A DNA stretch of 64,000 nt from the human T2T-CHM13v2.0 reference genome, Homo sapiens. Shown in pieces: positions 15,755 through 31,557 of this stretch. The stretch is taken from NCBI RefSeq assembly GCF_009914755.1, contig NC_060940.1; one strand, given 5' to 3'. The notes below the pieces were generated by a model. That model did no database searches. It saw only the letters and a program-made list of their open reading frames with translations, and was not told the DNA's origin. The translations under genes and the position numbers were made by a program. Every line of letters starts with the position of its first letter. Position 1 is the first letter of the stretch.

Positions 15755-15950
15755 TGGTGGTTACTGGGCACACATCATGCAAGGTGCTTCACAGCAACCT
15801 TATGCGGTTTACACCATTGGCAGATGAGGAAACTGAGGCACGGAGTAGGTAAACGCCTGATCTAAGTCCACATAGCTGGTAAATGGTAGAGCCATGCTCC
15901 AAACCCAGGCTCTCTGACCTCTAAGCCCACGCTCTCAGCACCATGCCACA
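15755..15950 (-). mobile_element. MIR
   Basis: 'cagatgaggaaactgaggcacggagtaggtaaacgcctgatctaagtccacatagct'. Confidence 0.85.
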
Positions 15951-17284
15951 GCTCAAGGCCAGATAGCCTGGTGGTCAGGACCCAGCTGACCCCTCTGCCC
16001 ATCGCTTCTGCTCCCTCCTAGGGTCCTCACACCCAGGGAGCCTCCAGAGGCCGCTTTCTGTTGGCTTCTCATTCTTCAGGCTGCTACTTTTTAGCCGTGT
16101 TACTGATGAGAAAACAGCTTAGTAAAATCAATGGTTTTAAATTATACCTTTATGTACCAAGGATACAAAACAAGCTACAAAACAGAAATACTTTCCCGTG
16201 ACAAAAAATCAATCTTGCTGATGCTACTGTTCCTGGAGCTTGCCTCCCCCGACCCTGCCCCCACTTCCCCCTCTTACTTAAGACACTCTCTGCTCTTGCA
16301 TCTGCCGGCTTTGTGTAGACTTTCTTCAGGTTTCTTGCTTGGGAGACTCGTTTTATCTAAAAGGTCAATTCTTTCAGCGGGGCACCAAGCAGAATTGAAT
16401 ATAATTATCCCAATCTCTACCGTGTAGAATTCATGCTTGAATTCATTCAAAAAATAGCATGCAGTATAATTAACTCAGAGCCCAACCAAATCTATTGAGA
16501 AAGCCTCAGGTATCATACAGTTCCACTTACAATAGAACATTTTCATTTAAGGACATTGTACGTATTAACCCAAGTCAGCATCCAATTACTCTGAATAAGT
16601 GAATTCTCTGTTCCAGGAATGTAATTTGAAAATGTTGTCATGCAATCTGAGGCAAAAGGTCCTTTTTCATTAATCTAACTCTCATTAAAGTGGAAGCCTG
16701 CAGGTTATTTCAAATCCATTAGTTTTAAATACAGGTGATTACAATTCTATTGCACATAAGACAACAGAAGTGTCTATCAAGAAATATTGGGACTTTTCAA
16801 GGGATGGGACTGGTTGGTGGTTTTGCTGTCACAACGAGGATGAGATTTACCAGCTGATGGAATGGGAGACTCTTTTCTGAATCCCCTAGGGCATACACAG
16901 TCAACTGGATAAACTCACAAGGGGATCTGCATGCTGGAGGGAGCTCATGCTTGCTCAGTTCCCCAGAATTATCTGTTTTGTGTATTTTCAATCCACTTAG
17001 CTTTGGAAGCTTGGTGAAATTAAGACTTATCAGTTTTAATTCTGTGAGAGGCTGACAGTCCTTGAACACATGGTTTCATCTGCCTAGGTTCCCCTCCCCT
17101 ACCCCTGTCTCCATCCTCTCATGCTTCTGGTCTCTGACACAAGATCCCCTCTCCCAGGTGGCCTTCCTTGACCATCCCAGCTGGAAGTGATCAGCTTCTG
17201 CTTTGAACCCCTTCAGTCCTGAGCATCTGATCACTTTGATATTGGCATCTGCTCCCTCAACATTTTCCTCCACTTTTCATATTT

Positions 17285-17850
<566 letters not shown>

Positions 17851-17889
17851 AATCACTTCTTTACCTAAACCCTCCCATCAGACACAGAC

Positions 17890-18380
17890 CAGAATCCAAC
17901 CCCCCTAACAAGGCCTCCAAGGTTCTGAATCTGGCCCTGCCTCTCCCCTCTCACCTTCATAGCTTCACATTCATCTCCCACTTTGGCCACACTAGCTTCT
18001 CTGAGTTCCCTAAACATCCTAAACCCTGCTGCCTCCGTGCCTTTGCACTTGCTATTCTCTATGCTTCTCTTTCTCAAGGTCTTCCACTAACATTTTCCTC
18101 CTTATCCTTTAGCTCTCAGCTCAAATGACACCTTCTCATGGAAGTCTCCTTAACTACCTTCTAAGGTAGCCTCTAAATCTGAGTTACTCCCAGTGTATTT
18201 TTTCCAAAACCCTCAGCCATCTGAAATATAAAGTATTTGTTCAGTTTGGCTTTCTCTCTCTCTTTGGAGTATCAATTCCAGGAAGGCAAGGACTTGGTCG
18301 ATTATACCTATTACAAAATCTATTGCACCTAGTCCAGAGCCTGACATGTAGGATGCACTCAATAAGTATTTGTTGGGTAT
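17890..18380 (+). mobile_element. L2 3' region
   Basis: 'gcctttgcacttgctattc...ctcagctcaaatgacaccttctc...gcctgacatgtaggatgcactcaataagtatttgtt'. Confidence 0.75.
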
Positions 18381-18824
18381 AAGAAAAAAAGGTAAGAGTG
18401 AATGACTTGGGGATTCCTGAAGCTGAGACCTGTTTAGCAATTACCAGGCAAAAAAATGTGGAAGAGAAAGAACGTTGCCTTATTTTCAAATTGGATCACA
18501 GCTTTGGATAAGCTTCTTCATTTTTGACTTCCCAGAATCACTCTTTCTGTATAAATGATAACTCATATATTTCTGTTGTCGTGATTTACCCCATTTGTCA
18601 GTCACCAGGTAAATCCAAGAGATGAGCAGAAATGTTGGTATTTGGTTTAGACTAAATTTAACAGAAGGAGCCCTAGGGTCTAGCCTCTCTGCTGGCTGAA
18701 CACAACATCGCAACTGAACACAAGATGGAATGCCCACTCCCAAACCCTCTTAGCTTCATTTACCACCTCAAGCATCCCCATCTGCAGGCCAACTGGTAAG
18801 ACATTTTAAAAAATATATAAGTTA

Positions 18825-19135
<311 letters not shown>

Positions 19136-20495
19136 TAAAAAATTAAAAATAAGTTACATTCACTAAATATCCATCCAGAAGATATTTGTGTGGCTGCTTG
19201 GTGCAAAGCCCAAAGCTGGGTGTCTGAGGAACAGTAAAACTTCAATCACTATCTCAACTCTGGAGAGAATTACATTCACTTTGAAGAAATAAATCTTTCA
19301 CAGAGCAATGAATGCTTTTCGGATTTTAAAGTTCGTTTTCACTCATTAGCACTTTTTATACCTCAGAGAAACTTTCCAAAGTCGAAACACATTTACAAGG
19401 GAACGGAATGGACCTCAGACAATGGAGGGACTTGGTGAAAGTCCTGTATCTTGGAAGAAACAAAACTCAAACCTGAATCCAAATTTTTGATGCCACAAGA
19501 TAATGTCAACAGGCTTGGCCACCCTTCATGAAACCATGGTATAGATCAGAGGAAATCAGTCCTCTTGGGAATTGTTCCAGAATCCCCTGGAACAAGCAAG
19601 GTCAGGTGGGCATGGCTATGCTTGTCTGAAGACCATCATGGAAGTGGCCTAAGGCTCTCCTTGACCATTGCCCTTGGAGAAAATCAATAAACAACAGTTT
19701 TCCGTTATTTCACACTTCCCATTCCAACCAGTTCCCACTTTTGAGGCAACCTCAAGAAACACATGTTCTTAAAGCTTTCTTTGAATATTCTAGCTCTTAT
19801 TCCTCCATACAGTGGCACCAAACAATTCTGCAATTAATCAGATACCATCTTGTGTGTTCTCTAATTATTTCACAGGTTGTCTTATCATCCCAGCCACAAT
19901 GAAAACAATGTGGGCAGGAACAATGCCTAATAACACTAACTGTATAACAATAATGCCTTTTATGTTTCTATACTTTCAAGTTTACACAGCGCATTAAAAT
20001 CCTCACCAAATCCTCACCATAGCCCAGCAAGGTTGGCAGGACCAGGCCTATGATAATCCACATGTGACAGATGAGGAAATTGAGGTAGGAGAAGTTTAAA
20101 TGACTTGAGTGGGATGCTATGAACCAAACTGTGACATAAAGCCTCTTCCTCTAATTGCAAGATTGTGTCACCATACCACCTGAGATCATCTTTCCGTCCA
20201 GCATTAATCCAAACCTGACTGTTCCTTCTCTTTCTTTGGCCAAAATCTTTGAGACTTTCTACTTCCCGTTTTTTCTTCCAACTAGTCCTGACACCTGTCT
20301 ACCCTGAGCACTGAGCCACTGAGCCCCTTGGGCTTTCAAGTCAAGTAAGATGGCATGCACCAAAGAGTAATATTCTAATAGATTTTGCTGCTCAAAAAAG
20401 CAGTACAGAAATAAATGAAAAATGAAAGGCCCATTTCTATGATAGCTGCTTGTTTTGGGTTCCCACAGTTGGGCTTGTCAAAAATTGATGGCCAT

Positions 20496-23082
<2,587 letters not shown>

Positions 23083-23561
23083 GAATGTCTTGCCAGATTT
23101 TTGCCAAGGAAAACTAGTGTAGACTGCTCTGAGCTGAGTGTCCTCTTGGAAAGGGAATGTAATGAGAAAAAGGCACCAAAGACATGCTACAAAGCTCCTT
23201 TTTGTAATATGGATATCCAGGAGACACTTAGGGTTCCCAGCCTGTTGCTTGAAACATATATGGCAGACAGCATCCATGAACTTGTGAGTGATTTTTCGTA
23301 AGCAACATATGACCTTAGATGACCTTGACTTTCCCTATGAGGCATGGCCACCTCACCACTCTGGGGAGTGCCCAACATGTAAATGAGTGGCATTTACATA
23401 TGCATAGATTGGAATCGTTCTAAAGCGTAAGAATTATTAGCAGATGATAACATTTTAATTATTAATTTTTTTAATCCCTAATTTAATTTTCTTACACTTC
23501 CAACTGATTACCACATAAAGCACGTCATGACCTAGGCATGATTATTGCCGCATAAAACATG

Positions 23562-23868
23562 ACATGCCTGCAATCCTAACCAGCACTTTGGGAAGCTCAG
23601 ACAAGAGGATCACTTGAGGCCAGGAGTTCACGATCAGTCTGGGCAACACAATGAGACTCCATCTCTGCAAAAAAACCTTCAAAAATTGCCCAGCATGGTA
23701 GTGTGCACCTGTACTTCCAGCTACTCAAGAGACTTAGGTGGGAAGATCACTGGAGCCCAGAAGTTAAAGGCTGCAGTGAGCCAAGATTGCACCACTGGAC
23801 TCCAGCCTGGGTGACAGAGCAAGACCCTGTCTTAAATAATAATAGTAATAATAATAATAATAATAATA
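23562..23868 (+). mobile_element. AluJ with (AAT)n tail
   Basis: Diverged dimer; tail 'aataatagtaataataataat'. Confidence 0.85.
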
Positions 23869-24315
23869 TGTCATGATACTGGGCTGCTAAGACTGTTATC
23901 CACCATTTCCTTCCTCCTTTCGCCACTGTCCTAATGATAATGATGACGCTTAGCATTTTAAAGCACTTTTTTTTCCATTCCAGACCCTATACTAAGGGTG
24001 TTGTATCTGATTTAATCTTCTGATATGAAAATTAGCCTTTCTACAATCAACAGAGCTTCCTGTCACACATTAGAAAAATGGAAACACTTAACCAACAAAT
24101 AATATCTTTATAATTTCACCTCTTTGAACAACCCTCAGTACCCTGAAGGGTCTTCTTCCCCTTTGTTCTTCTGAACTAAGCAAGGGACTCTTCTTTTTTT
24201 GAAAAGGGACATTTGAATTTCTTTTCAAAAGTATATTTGATCTCATTTACTGTGACTCCTTTTATTTTCAAAATATATGTTTGAATGTCTTTTCAAATCC
24301 TTTTGAAGTTTCTTT

Positions 24316-24444
24316 TTTTTATTTATTTATTTATTTATTTATTTTTTTTATTATACTCTAAGTTTTAGGGTACATGTGCACATTGTGCAGGTTAGTTACA
24401 TATGTATACATGTGCCATGCTGGTGCGCTGCACCCACTAACGTG
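24316..24444 (-). mobile_element. L1HS pre-Ta 3' terminal fragment (~95 nt plus tail)
   Basis: Minus strand reads CACGTTAGTGGGTGCAGCGCACCAGCATGG...AAAACTTAGAGTATAAT(A)n, with ACG and G diagnostics; TSD tgaagtttcttt at 24304-24315 and 24443-24454. Confidence 0.9.
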
Positions 24445-24497
24445 AAGTTTCTTTACTTGTGAATACAAGATTCTTTTTTTCCTAGGGATTCTAAAGC

Positions 24498-24614
24498 ATT
24501 TTCTGGAAGGGGTGTGTGGGGTGGGGGTGGAGGATATCATATTTATGGATTGTATTTTTCTGAAAGGGGTGTGTGGGGCAGGGGTGGAGAATATCATATT
24601 TATGGATTGTATTT
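24498..24614. repeat. 57-bp tandem duplication (2 copies)
   Basis: 'ttctg(g/a)aaggggtgtgtgggg..ggggtggag(g/a)atatcatatttatggattgtattt' at 24501 and 24558. Confidence 0.92.
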
Positions 24615-25074
24615 ATGTCTAAAATTACTTGTGTTTGTGTATAAATATATGTATAATGGATTAAGTATTATGTACTTAATCCATTATATTAAGGTATTAT
24701 GTATAAATGCAAAACTTGCATTTATACATAAAAGAAAACTGGTAAGATGTATATGTTAAGAACTAAGGTAGGAAAGACCCCAGCTCAACCTGGGAGCCCT
24801 TATTTCTTTCTGCATGCAGATTTAAAGTAAAATGTTAAAAACCATACTTCAAGCCTGGTCTTTTCCCCACAATATCTCATAACTTTTTTTGAGAAATGTA
24901 CTATAATTATTCTTATTTACAACTGAGATTCAGAGAGATTAAAACATTCACCCAATATCAAACAGCTAGCAAATGAAGAAACCAAGGTTTACACTAAAGT
25001 CTGACTCTTTCAAATTGTCTATGAAATAATGATTTTAAAAAGGTTTTGTTGTTGTTTTGGTTTTCATGTGTGAA

Positions 25075-25587
25075 TTGCATACCTGTTTGGGGCTCAGTCT
25101 TAGCTTAGGAAACTGTTTGCCAGTTTCACCCATCCTCTGCCATGGATGCTAGGAGGACTGATTTCTGTAGGCTGCATCTCAGATTTCCATGTCACTTCAT
25201 TCCCAGTTGGGTTCAGCCAGTGGGAGATCCTGGTGGAAGTGGGAAAGCAGTAGGAATCAAAGGAGCCAGTGCATTTCTCCTTCTTCCTTTCTGCCTTAGG
25301 AGAGGTCCCAGGCAGAGATTCACTGCCCTCCCTAATTCCAGATTCCACCTGACAGCCCACTGTGATTCCAGCTTCCATCTTGGACTCTAGCAATCCACCT
25401 CCTCCCTTTGACCCTCCAGCCTAGTGGCAGAAGTGGCTTCCTGCAATTTCTAATGTTATTTTCCCACTGTCCTCTGCTTGGCTTCTCCCTCATCTATCAC
25501 CTGTGTGAACAACCCCTACATTAAATTCCTTTCCTTATTGTACTTACGCTGGATTCTGCTTTGCTGGCCTGAGCCTCACTAATCCAG
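25075..25587 (+). mobile_element. ERVL LTR (LTR33-like)
   Basis: 3' end 'attaaattcctttcc...ggattctgctttgctggcctgagcctcactaatcca'. Confidence 0.5.
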
Positions 25588-25826
25588 AGATGAACACACA
25601 TGAACCATTTGTGAAAAACACAAGAGAGTTCAATTACAATGGTGTAGAGAAGATCACATTTGTTGATCCCTTTTCCTGTATTTCAAAGCAAAACTTTACC
25701 AAGTATGAATGCAGACAGGGAGAAAATACTACCTGTGTAGGCAGATATGAAGATAAAAATCTTTCAGTGTAGTTTAGCAAGCAGCATTTTCCAGTTCCTT
25801 GAAGAGTAAGATGGTGATAGAGTTCC

Positions 25827-26040
25827 CTTGGACTTCACTGGCTAACTTACCAATTCTTTACTTGCCTACAAAGGGGAGTAAGACTTGGAAGGAAGCTGTT
25901 AATGACTATTAGATAAATGTAGTGTCTCTAAATCTGAACACACAAGTCCATCTCTGACTATTAGCCTTCCTCTCTTGCTTTACTTTACCTTCGCCATGTG
26001 TCTGGTTATGGTTAGTCTGGTAGGTGGCCTAAACATGGAG
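25827..26040 (+). repeat. Copy 1 (apparent source) of a ~213-bp local direct repeat
   Basis: Matches 27179-27391 with about 7 substitutions and 1 indel by manual alignment. Confidence 0.95.
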
Positions 26041-26296
26041 AATTTGAGTCATTACTGGGAAGCAGATGTTTCAGCTGGAACTATTGCAAAGACATACTAC
26101 ACTACCCATTGATTTCCCCTAGTCACCTTCAAGAAAACAGCTTCTTCCTTTCTCACCAAGGAAGCCCCTGCAGACATCTGTGTCTGAATATGGCATAAAT
26201 GAAATATAGCAACAAATATTAGGTGGAAACATTAGATCTAATTTGGTTTCCAAATTGCCGTATTGCAGTGAAAATCTCAATACAGGCCATGGTGGG

Positions 26297-26732
26297 TATA
26301 TCAGAGTTCTTTAGAGAAACAGAACCAATAGGTGATACATGAATGTAGATATAGATGTAAAAATAGTTTATTTGTTATAAGGAATTTGTTCACATGATTA
26401 TGGAGGCTGGCAAGTCCAAAATCTGCAGAGCTGATGCTCCAGTCCAAGGGCTGGAAGCTTCTATAGAACCAGGAAGGTCTGGTGTACTTTGAAGGCTGTC
26501 AGACCAGAGAATTTTGTCTTACTCAGCAGAGGGTCAGATTTTGTTCTATTCAGGCCTTCAATTGATTGGATGAGGCCCACCCATATTATGGACGGGCAAT
26601 CTGCTTGATTCAGTCTACGGATTTAAATGTTAATCTCATCCAAAAACAGCCTCTCAGAAACACCCAGAATAATGTTTGATCAGATATCTGGGCATCACAT
26701 GACTCAGTCAGTACATAAAATTAACTATCACT
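26297..26732 (-). mobile_element. MLT2 (ERVL) LTR
   Basis: 'ttctttagagaaacagaaccaatagg...gattatggaggctggcaagtccaaaatctgcag...aaaattaactatcac'. Confidence 0.85.
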
Positions 26733-26771
26733 GTGGATAAGGTGTTTTACAAAACAGAGGTTAGAAACCAC

Positions 26772-27070
26772 AAGGATTATCCTACTTATATGAGGTCCCT
26801 AGAGTAGTCAAATTCATAGAGACAGAAAGTAGAATGCTGGATGCTAGGGACTGGGGAAGGAAGAATGGGGAGTTTGTATTAATGGGTACAGAGTTTCCAT
26901 TTGGGATGATGAGAAAGTTCTGAGACAGAGAATGGTGATGATTCCACAACAATGTGAATGTACTTCATGCCACTGAATTATACACACAAGAATGGTTAAA
27001 ATTGTAAATTTTATGTTATGTGAGTTTTACCAAATTAAAATATTTTTAAGAAATTTAAAAAAATTAATAA
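26772..27070 (+). mobile_element. L1MB 3' end
   Basis: 'cctagagtagtcaaattcatagagacagaaagtagaatg...acaacaatgtgaatgtacttcatgccactgaa'. Confidence 0.85.
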
Positions 27071-27178
27071 AAATTCTACTTATGTAATGGAGTTATCGAT
27101 TGTTTTTATATGAATTAATACATTTTTTGATAGCTTCTCAGTTGAAAACAAAACCAAGTATTGTTTCATCAATAATAA

Positions 27179-27391
27179 CTTGGACTTCACTGGCTAACTT
27201 ACCGATTCTTTACTTGCCTACAAAGGGATTAAGACTTGGAAGGAAGCTGTTAATGACTATTAGATAAATGTAGTGTCTCTAAATCTGAACACACAAGTCC
27301 ATCTCTGACTATTAGCCTTCCACTCTTGCTTTACTTTACCTTCTCCATGTGTCTGGTTCTGGTTTGTCTGGTAGGTGGCCTAAACAGGGAG
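27179..27391 (+). repeat. Copy 2 of the ~213-bp local direct repeat, fused to an L1MA 3' end
   Basis: About 96% identical to 25827-26040 by eye. Confidence 0.95.
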
Positions 27392-27554
27392 TATAATTGG
27401 ATTGTTTGTCACTCAAAGAAGAAATGCTTCAGGGGATGAATATCCCATTCCCATGATGTGCTTATTTCACATTGCATGCCTTCATCAAACCATCTCGTGT
27501 ACCCCAGAAGTACATACATCTACTATGTACCCACAAAAAAGCAAAGGGAAAAAA
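27392..27554 (+). mobile_element. L1MA1/2-like 3' end with A-rich tail
   Basis: 'ttggattgtttgtcactcaaagaagaaatgcttcaggggatg...cattgcatgccttcatcaaaccatctcgtgtacccca...ctactatgtacccacaaaaaa'. Confidence 0.85.
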
Positions 27555-27559
27555 TAGTA

Positions 27560-28026
27560 TTGTTTCAGTTCCTATTGTTTGCCTAACAAATCACGAAACC
27601 TAGTAGCTTAAAGCACCAGCCAGTTATTATGGTTACCATTCTACTTTTCTTGTTTGGGATCTCTCAGACAGATGCAGCCATCATCTAAGACGACTTTTCT
27701 CCCATGCCTGGCACATGGGCAGAGATGGCTGGCAGGCTGGGTCTTCCCTCTCTCTCCATATAATCTCTCCATGAGGCCAGCTCTGACTTCTTGGCATGGT
27801 GGTTGGACCCACCACCATGAGTGTGGTGCTACAAACTGTGTGTTCCAATACAGCCAAAGTGGAAATCGCCAGCCCTCTTAAATCTAGGCCTGGCATTCTG
27901 TCACTTCTATCATAGTTTAGGGTTACAGCAGTCAGAGGCAGCCCACTTTCAAAGGGGCAGAAAAATAAGCTCCACCTCTCAGGAGGGAAAGTGACAAGAA
28001 TCTGTGGCCACCTCGAATCCACCACA
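27560..28026 (-). mobile_element. MLT1 (G/H-like) LTR
   Basis: 'cctattgtttgcctaacaaatcac...tagtagcttaaagcacc...ttcaaagggg...ctccacctctc...aatccaccaca'. Confidence 0.7.
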
Positions 28027-28803
28027 AGGTGACTGAGCAATAACAGAAAACACACAAAGCGAGAGTACTCTTCCTTAACTTTCATTTCTAGTCATCAGTG
28101 ATTAGTGGAGATGAGTATTTTGGCCAATCAAATCCTTGCTTGAATAGTTTCCAAGTATACCATCACACACAAATAGCCAGTTCTCCAAGGCTCAGTTTAT
28201 ATAACATTTATTCAAAGCTAAAACTCTGCAGAAATTCATTTCAACTTTCTAAGATGACTCAGAAGCCTGCCACATCCTGGGAAAGCCTGGGGTCACCACC
28301 AATAGCATCCATTATCATTTCCATGGTTCTGCACCCCAGGGCTGGTTGACAGAATGCCAAAAAGATAAACCACTTTTACTGTAATTCACACTCTGAAAAA
28401 AAGAGATTTACTAAGCAAATTAAGAGGGTGAAGAAACTTGCAGGGGGTGACATTTAGCCTACTCAAGTCTCCAAACTTTTCAAGCACTTTAGAAGCCCAA
28501 TTTACATACAATTACAGGAAGGCTTCATTTTTCCACCCCTGTCAGAGGAGGAGCAGTTTCATGTAAGTGAATTTTTTCAGTTGCTTCCCCCTAGAGGCAC
28601 CAAGTCATTTTAACCAGACTGGATGGAAATCTTTGCCAAACATGTTGTAAGCCTCCTTGAGCCTTCAAATGAGCTCACAGCAAATGGTTCCACCTTTCCT
28701 TAATGAGCCCAAGTTCTCATCTTGCAGGGCCCTAAAATGACAAAGGCCCTGAAATGACCTGAACACCATGTGGCTGTCTTCACTCATTCAAAACACACTT
28801 ATT

Positions 28804-29118
<315 letters not shown>

Positions 29119-29222
29119 ACCACACTTATTGACCTCCCACCTTTCTGCCTGGTGCTGTGTGTGTGTGTTTAATCATTTGCTTACCATTTTATGTTTTTCT
29201 AACTTCAGGTGCAAAGGGTTGA

Positions 29223-29597
<375 letters not shown>

Positions 29598-29907
29598 TGA
29601 TCCCCTGGATCCTCCCTCATCTCTTCTTAGGCACCCTAGTCATATGTTTGATATATATTCTCTCAGATATGTTTCCTAGTAAAATGCAGATTGTTTTCTG
29701 TGTCTATGTCCTACATTAATACAAATGGTGGTGCTGTAGAATTCTTTGTTTCTGACTTTCCACTAAACTCCATGTCTTTAAGATAGACCTATTCTGCTTC
29801 TAAATGCACATCTCCACAAAATTTTCATCTTTGAGTTGCTCTAGGGATGGACAACCAGATCACCCCTAGCTCCCTGCCTCAGAAATGGTGCTGCAGTGAG
29901 CATCCTG

Positions 29908-30063
29908 GTGTGTGTGTGTGTATATATATACATATATATATATATACATACATATATATATATACATATATATATATATACATACATATATATATATACA
30001 TATATATATATACATACATATATATATATACATATATATATATACATACATATATATATACAC

Positions 30064-30102
<39 letters not shown>
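29908..30102. repeat. Compound (TG)n-(TA)n/(TACA) microsatellite, ~195 bp
   Basis: Directly visible; it produces the YI-rich ORFs in the ORF track. Confidence 0.97.
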
Positions 30103-30131
<29 letters not shown>

Positions 30132-30412
30132 GAGACAGGATCTCACTCTGTCGCCCAGGCTGGAGTGCAGTGGCGCAATCTTAGCTCACTTCAACCTCCG
30201 TCTGACGGGTTCAAGCGATTCTCCTGCCTCAGCATCCTGAGAAGCTGGGATTACAGGTGTATGACACCACTTCTAGCTAATTTTTGTATTTTTAGTAGAG
30301 TCTGGGTTTCAATATGTTAGCCAGGTTTGTCTCAAACTCCTGACCTCAGGTGATCCACCCGCCTCGGCCTCCCAAAGTGCTGGATTATAGGCATGAGCCA
30401 CAGCAACTGGCC
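30103..30412 (-). mobile_element. AluS (Sx-like)
   Basis: Long T tail; 'tgacctcaggtgatccacccgcctcggcc'. Confidence 0.92.
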
Positions 30413-31557
30413 CCTGGTATATCTAGAACAGTTTGCCTGGGGGTGAGGCCAGAGCTGAGAAGAAAAGATTTCAAGGTCTACATATATTCAGTTTCATACT
30501 TGAAATCAGATTACTGTCCAGGATGGCCATGTCGATTCATAGGCCACATGCAGTCCATGACTGGTCCTATAATGTGCCCACATCATTACCAACACTTGGT
30601 ATTATTAACTTTTCTAGTTTTTTTCTTTTTTTTTTTTTTTTAACAATCTTACAGATATCAAATGAAACCTACCTGTTTTTCTTTCTATTTTTCTGATTAT
30701 TAGGAGGTTGAGCATCTCCCCTGGGCCTGTCGGCCCCTATGCATTGCCTAGGCCTTTGCTCTCCCAGGCTGTCAACCCCAGCTGATTGTCCATAATGTCT
30801 TTTAGCAAATCAAACGCTTAGTTTTGATGTAGTAACTGCATTCCTTCCTGTGTTTTATAGTCCTTTTCTCTCCCCGACTAATCTCACCTGCCACTTTTAA
30901 TCCCTTTCCATATTTTTTCTTCCCAATCCCCCAAACACAATTCCACACCTAAGCTTTATTCAGCCTTTCTCTGTCTGCCTGCCCTTTTCCCACACAAATT
31001 CCTATCAGGCCCTAAGCCAGATTCAAGTCTTCCCAAAAGCCCCAAGTAAAACTTATCTTTTACTCCAAGTTTGCACATCACCAGGCTTGTCTTTCTATTT
31101 ATTTCATTGCATTACACCCCCTTTTCAAGTTAGTCATTGTGATCTTCGTCTCCCCCTGTAAGATGAAAAGCCCCTTGAAGGTAGATTTTGGGCTCTACCT
31201 ACTTTTCCCTTGCTGGGATGAGCAGCACTGTGGCAGGCAGGTAACAAGTAATCAATAGACCCCTATCAAGCAAAAGAGTTTACAGGCTGAAGGTGAGCCA
31301 TCTGTGGCCCGCCTTCATGCAACCTATCAAAATACACTGACACTGAAGACAACTTTAATATCAAGCCCAGCCAGACTCTTTCCCTTTGAAACAAGCAAAA
31401 ACATGGAAGAAATTTATTCATCAACTCCAAGGCTCTAGACTGAACTGATCCCTATGGGATAGATCTTTCAGATGTGAGAGAAGAAAATGAGGAAGAGGAA
31501 AAATCTTAGATCTTCCTCTGGAAAGTGAAGATGTTGGATCATCCCATCTCACCATGG

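Noticed and set aside
25827-27391. The two 213-bp direct repeats as LTRs of one retroelement
   Set aside because: No TG...CA ends, PBS, PPT or polyA signal; the intervening DNA is unrelated MLT2 and L1MB; the TSD encloses only copy 2 plus the L1MA piece.
29841-30320. Several Tyr/Ile-rich ORFs
   Set aside because: Artefacts of the (TA)n microsatellite and the Alu.
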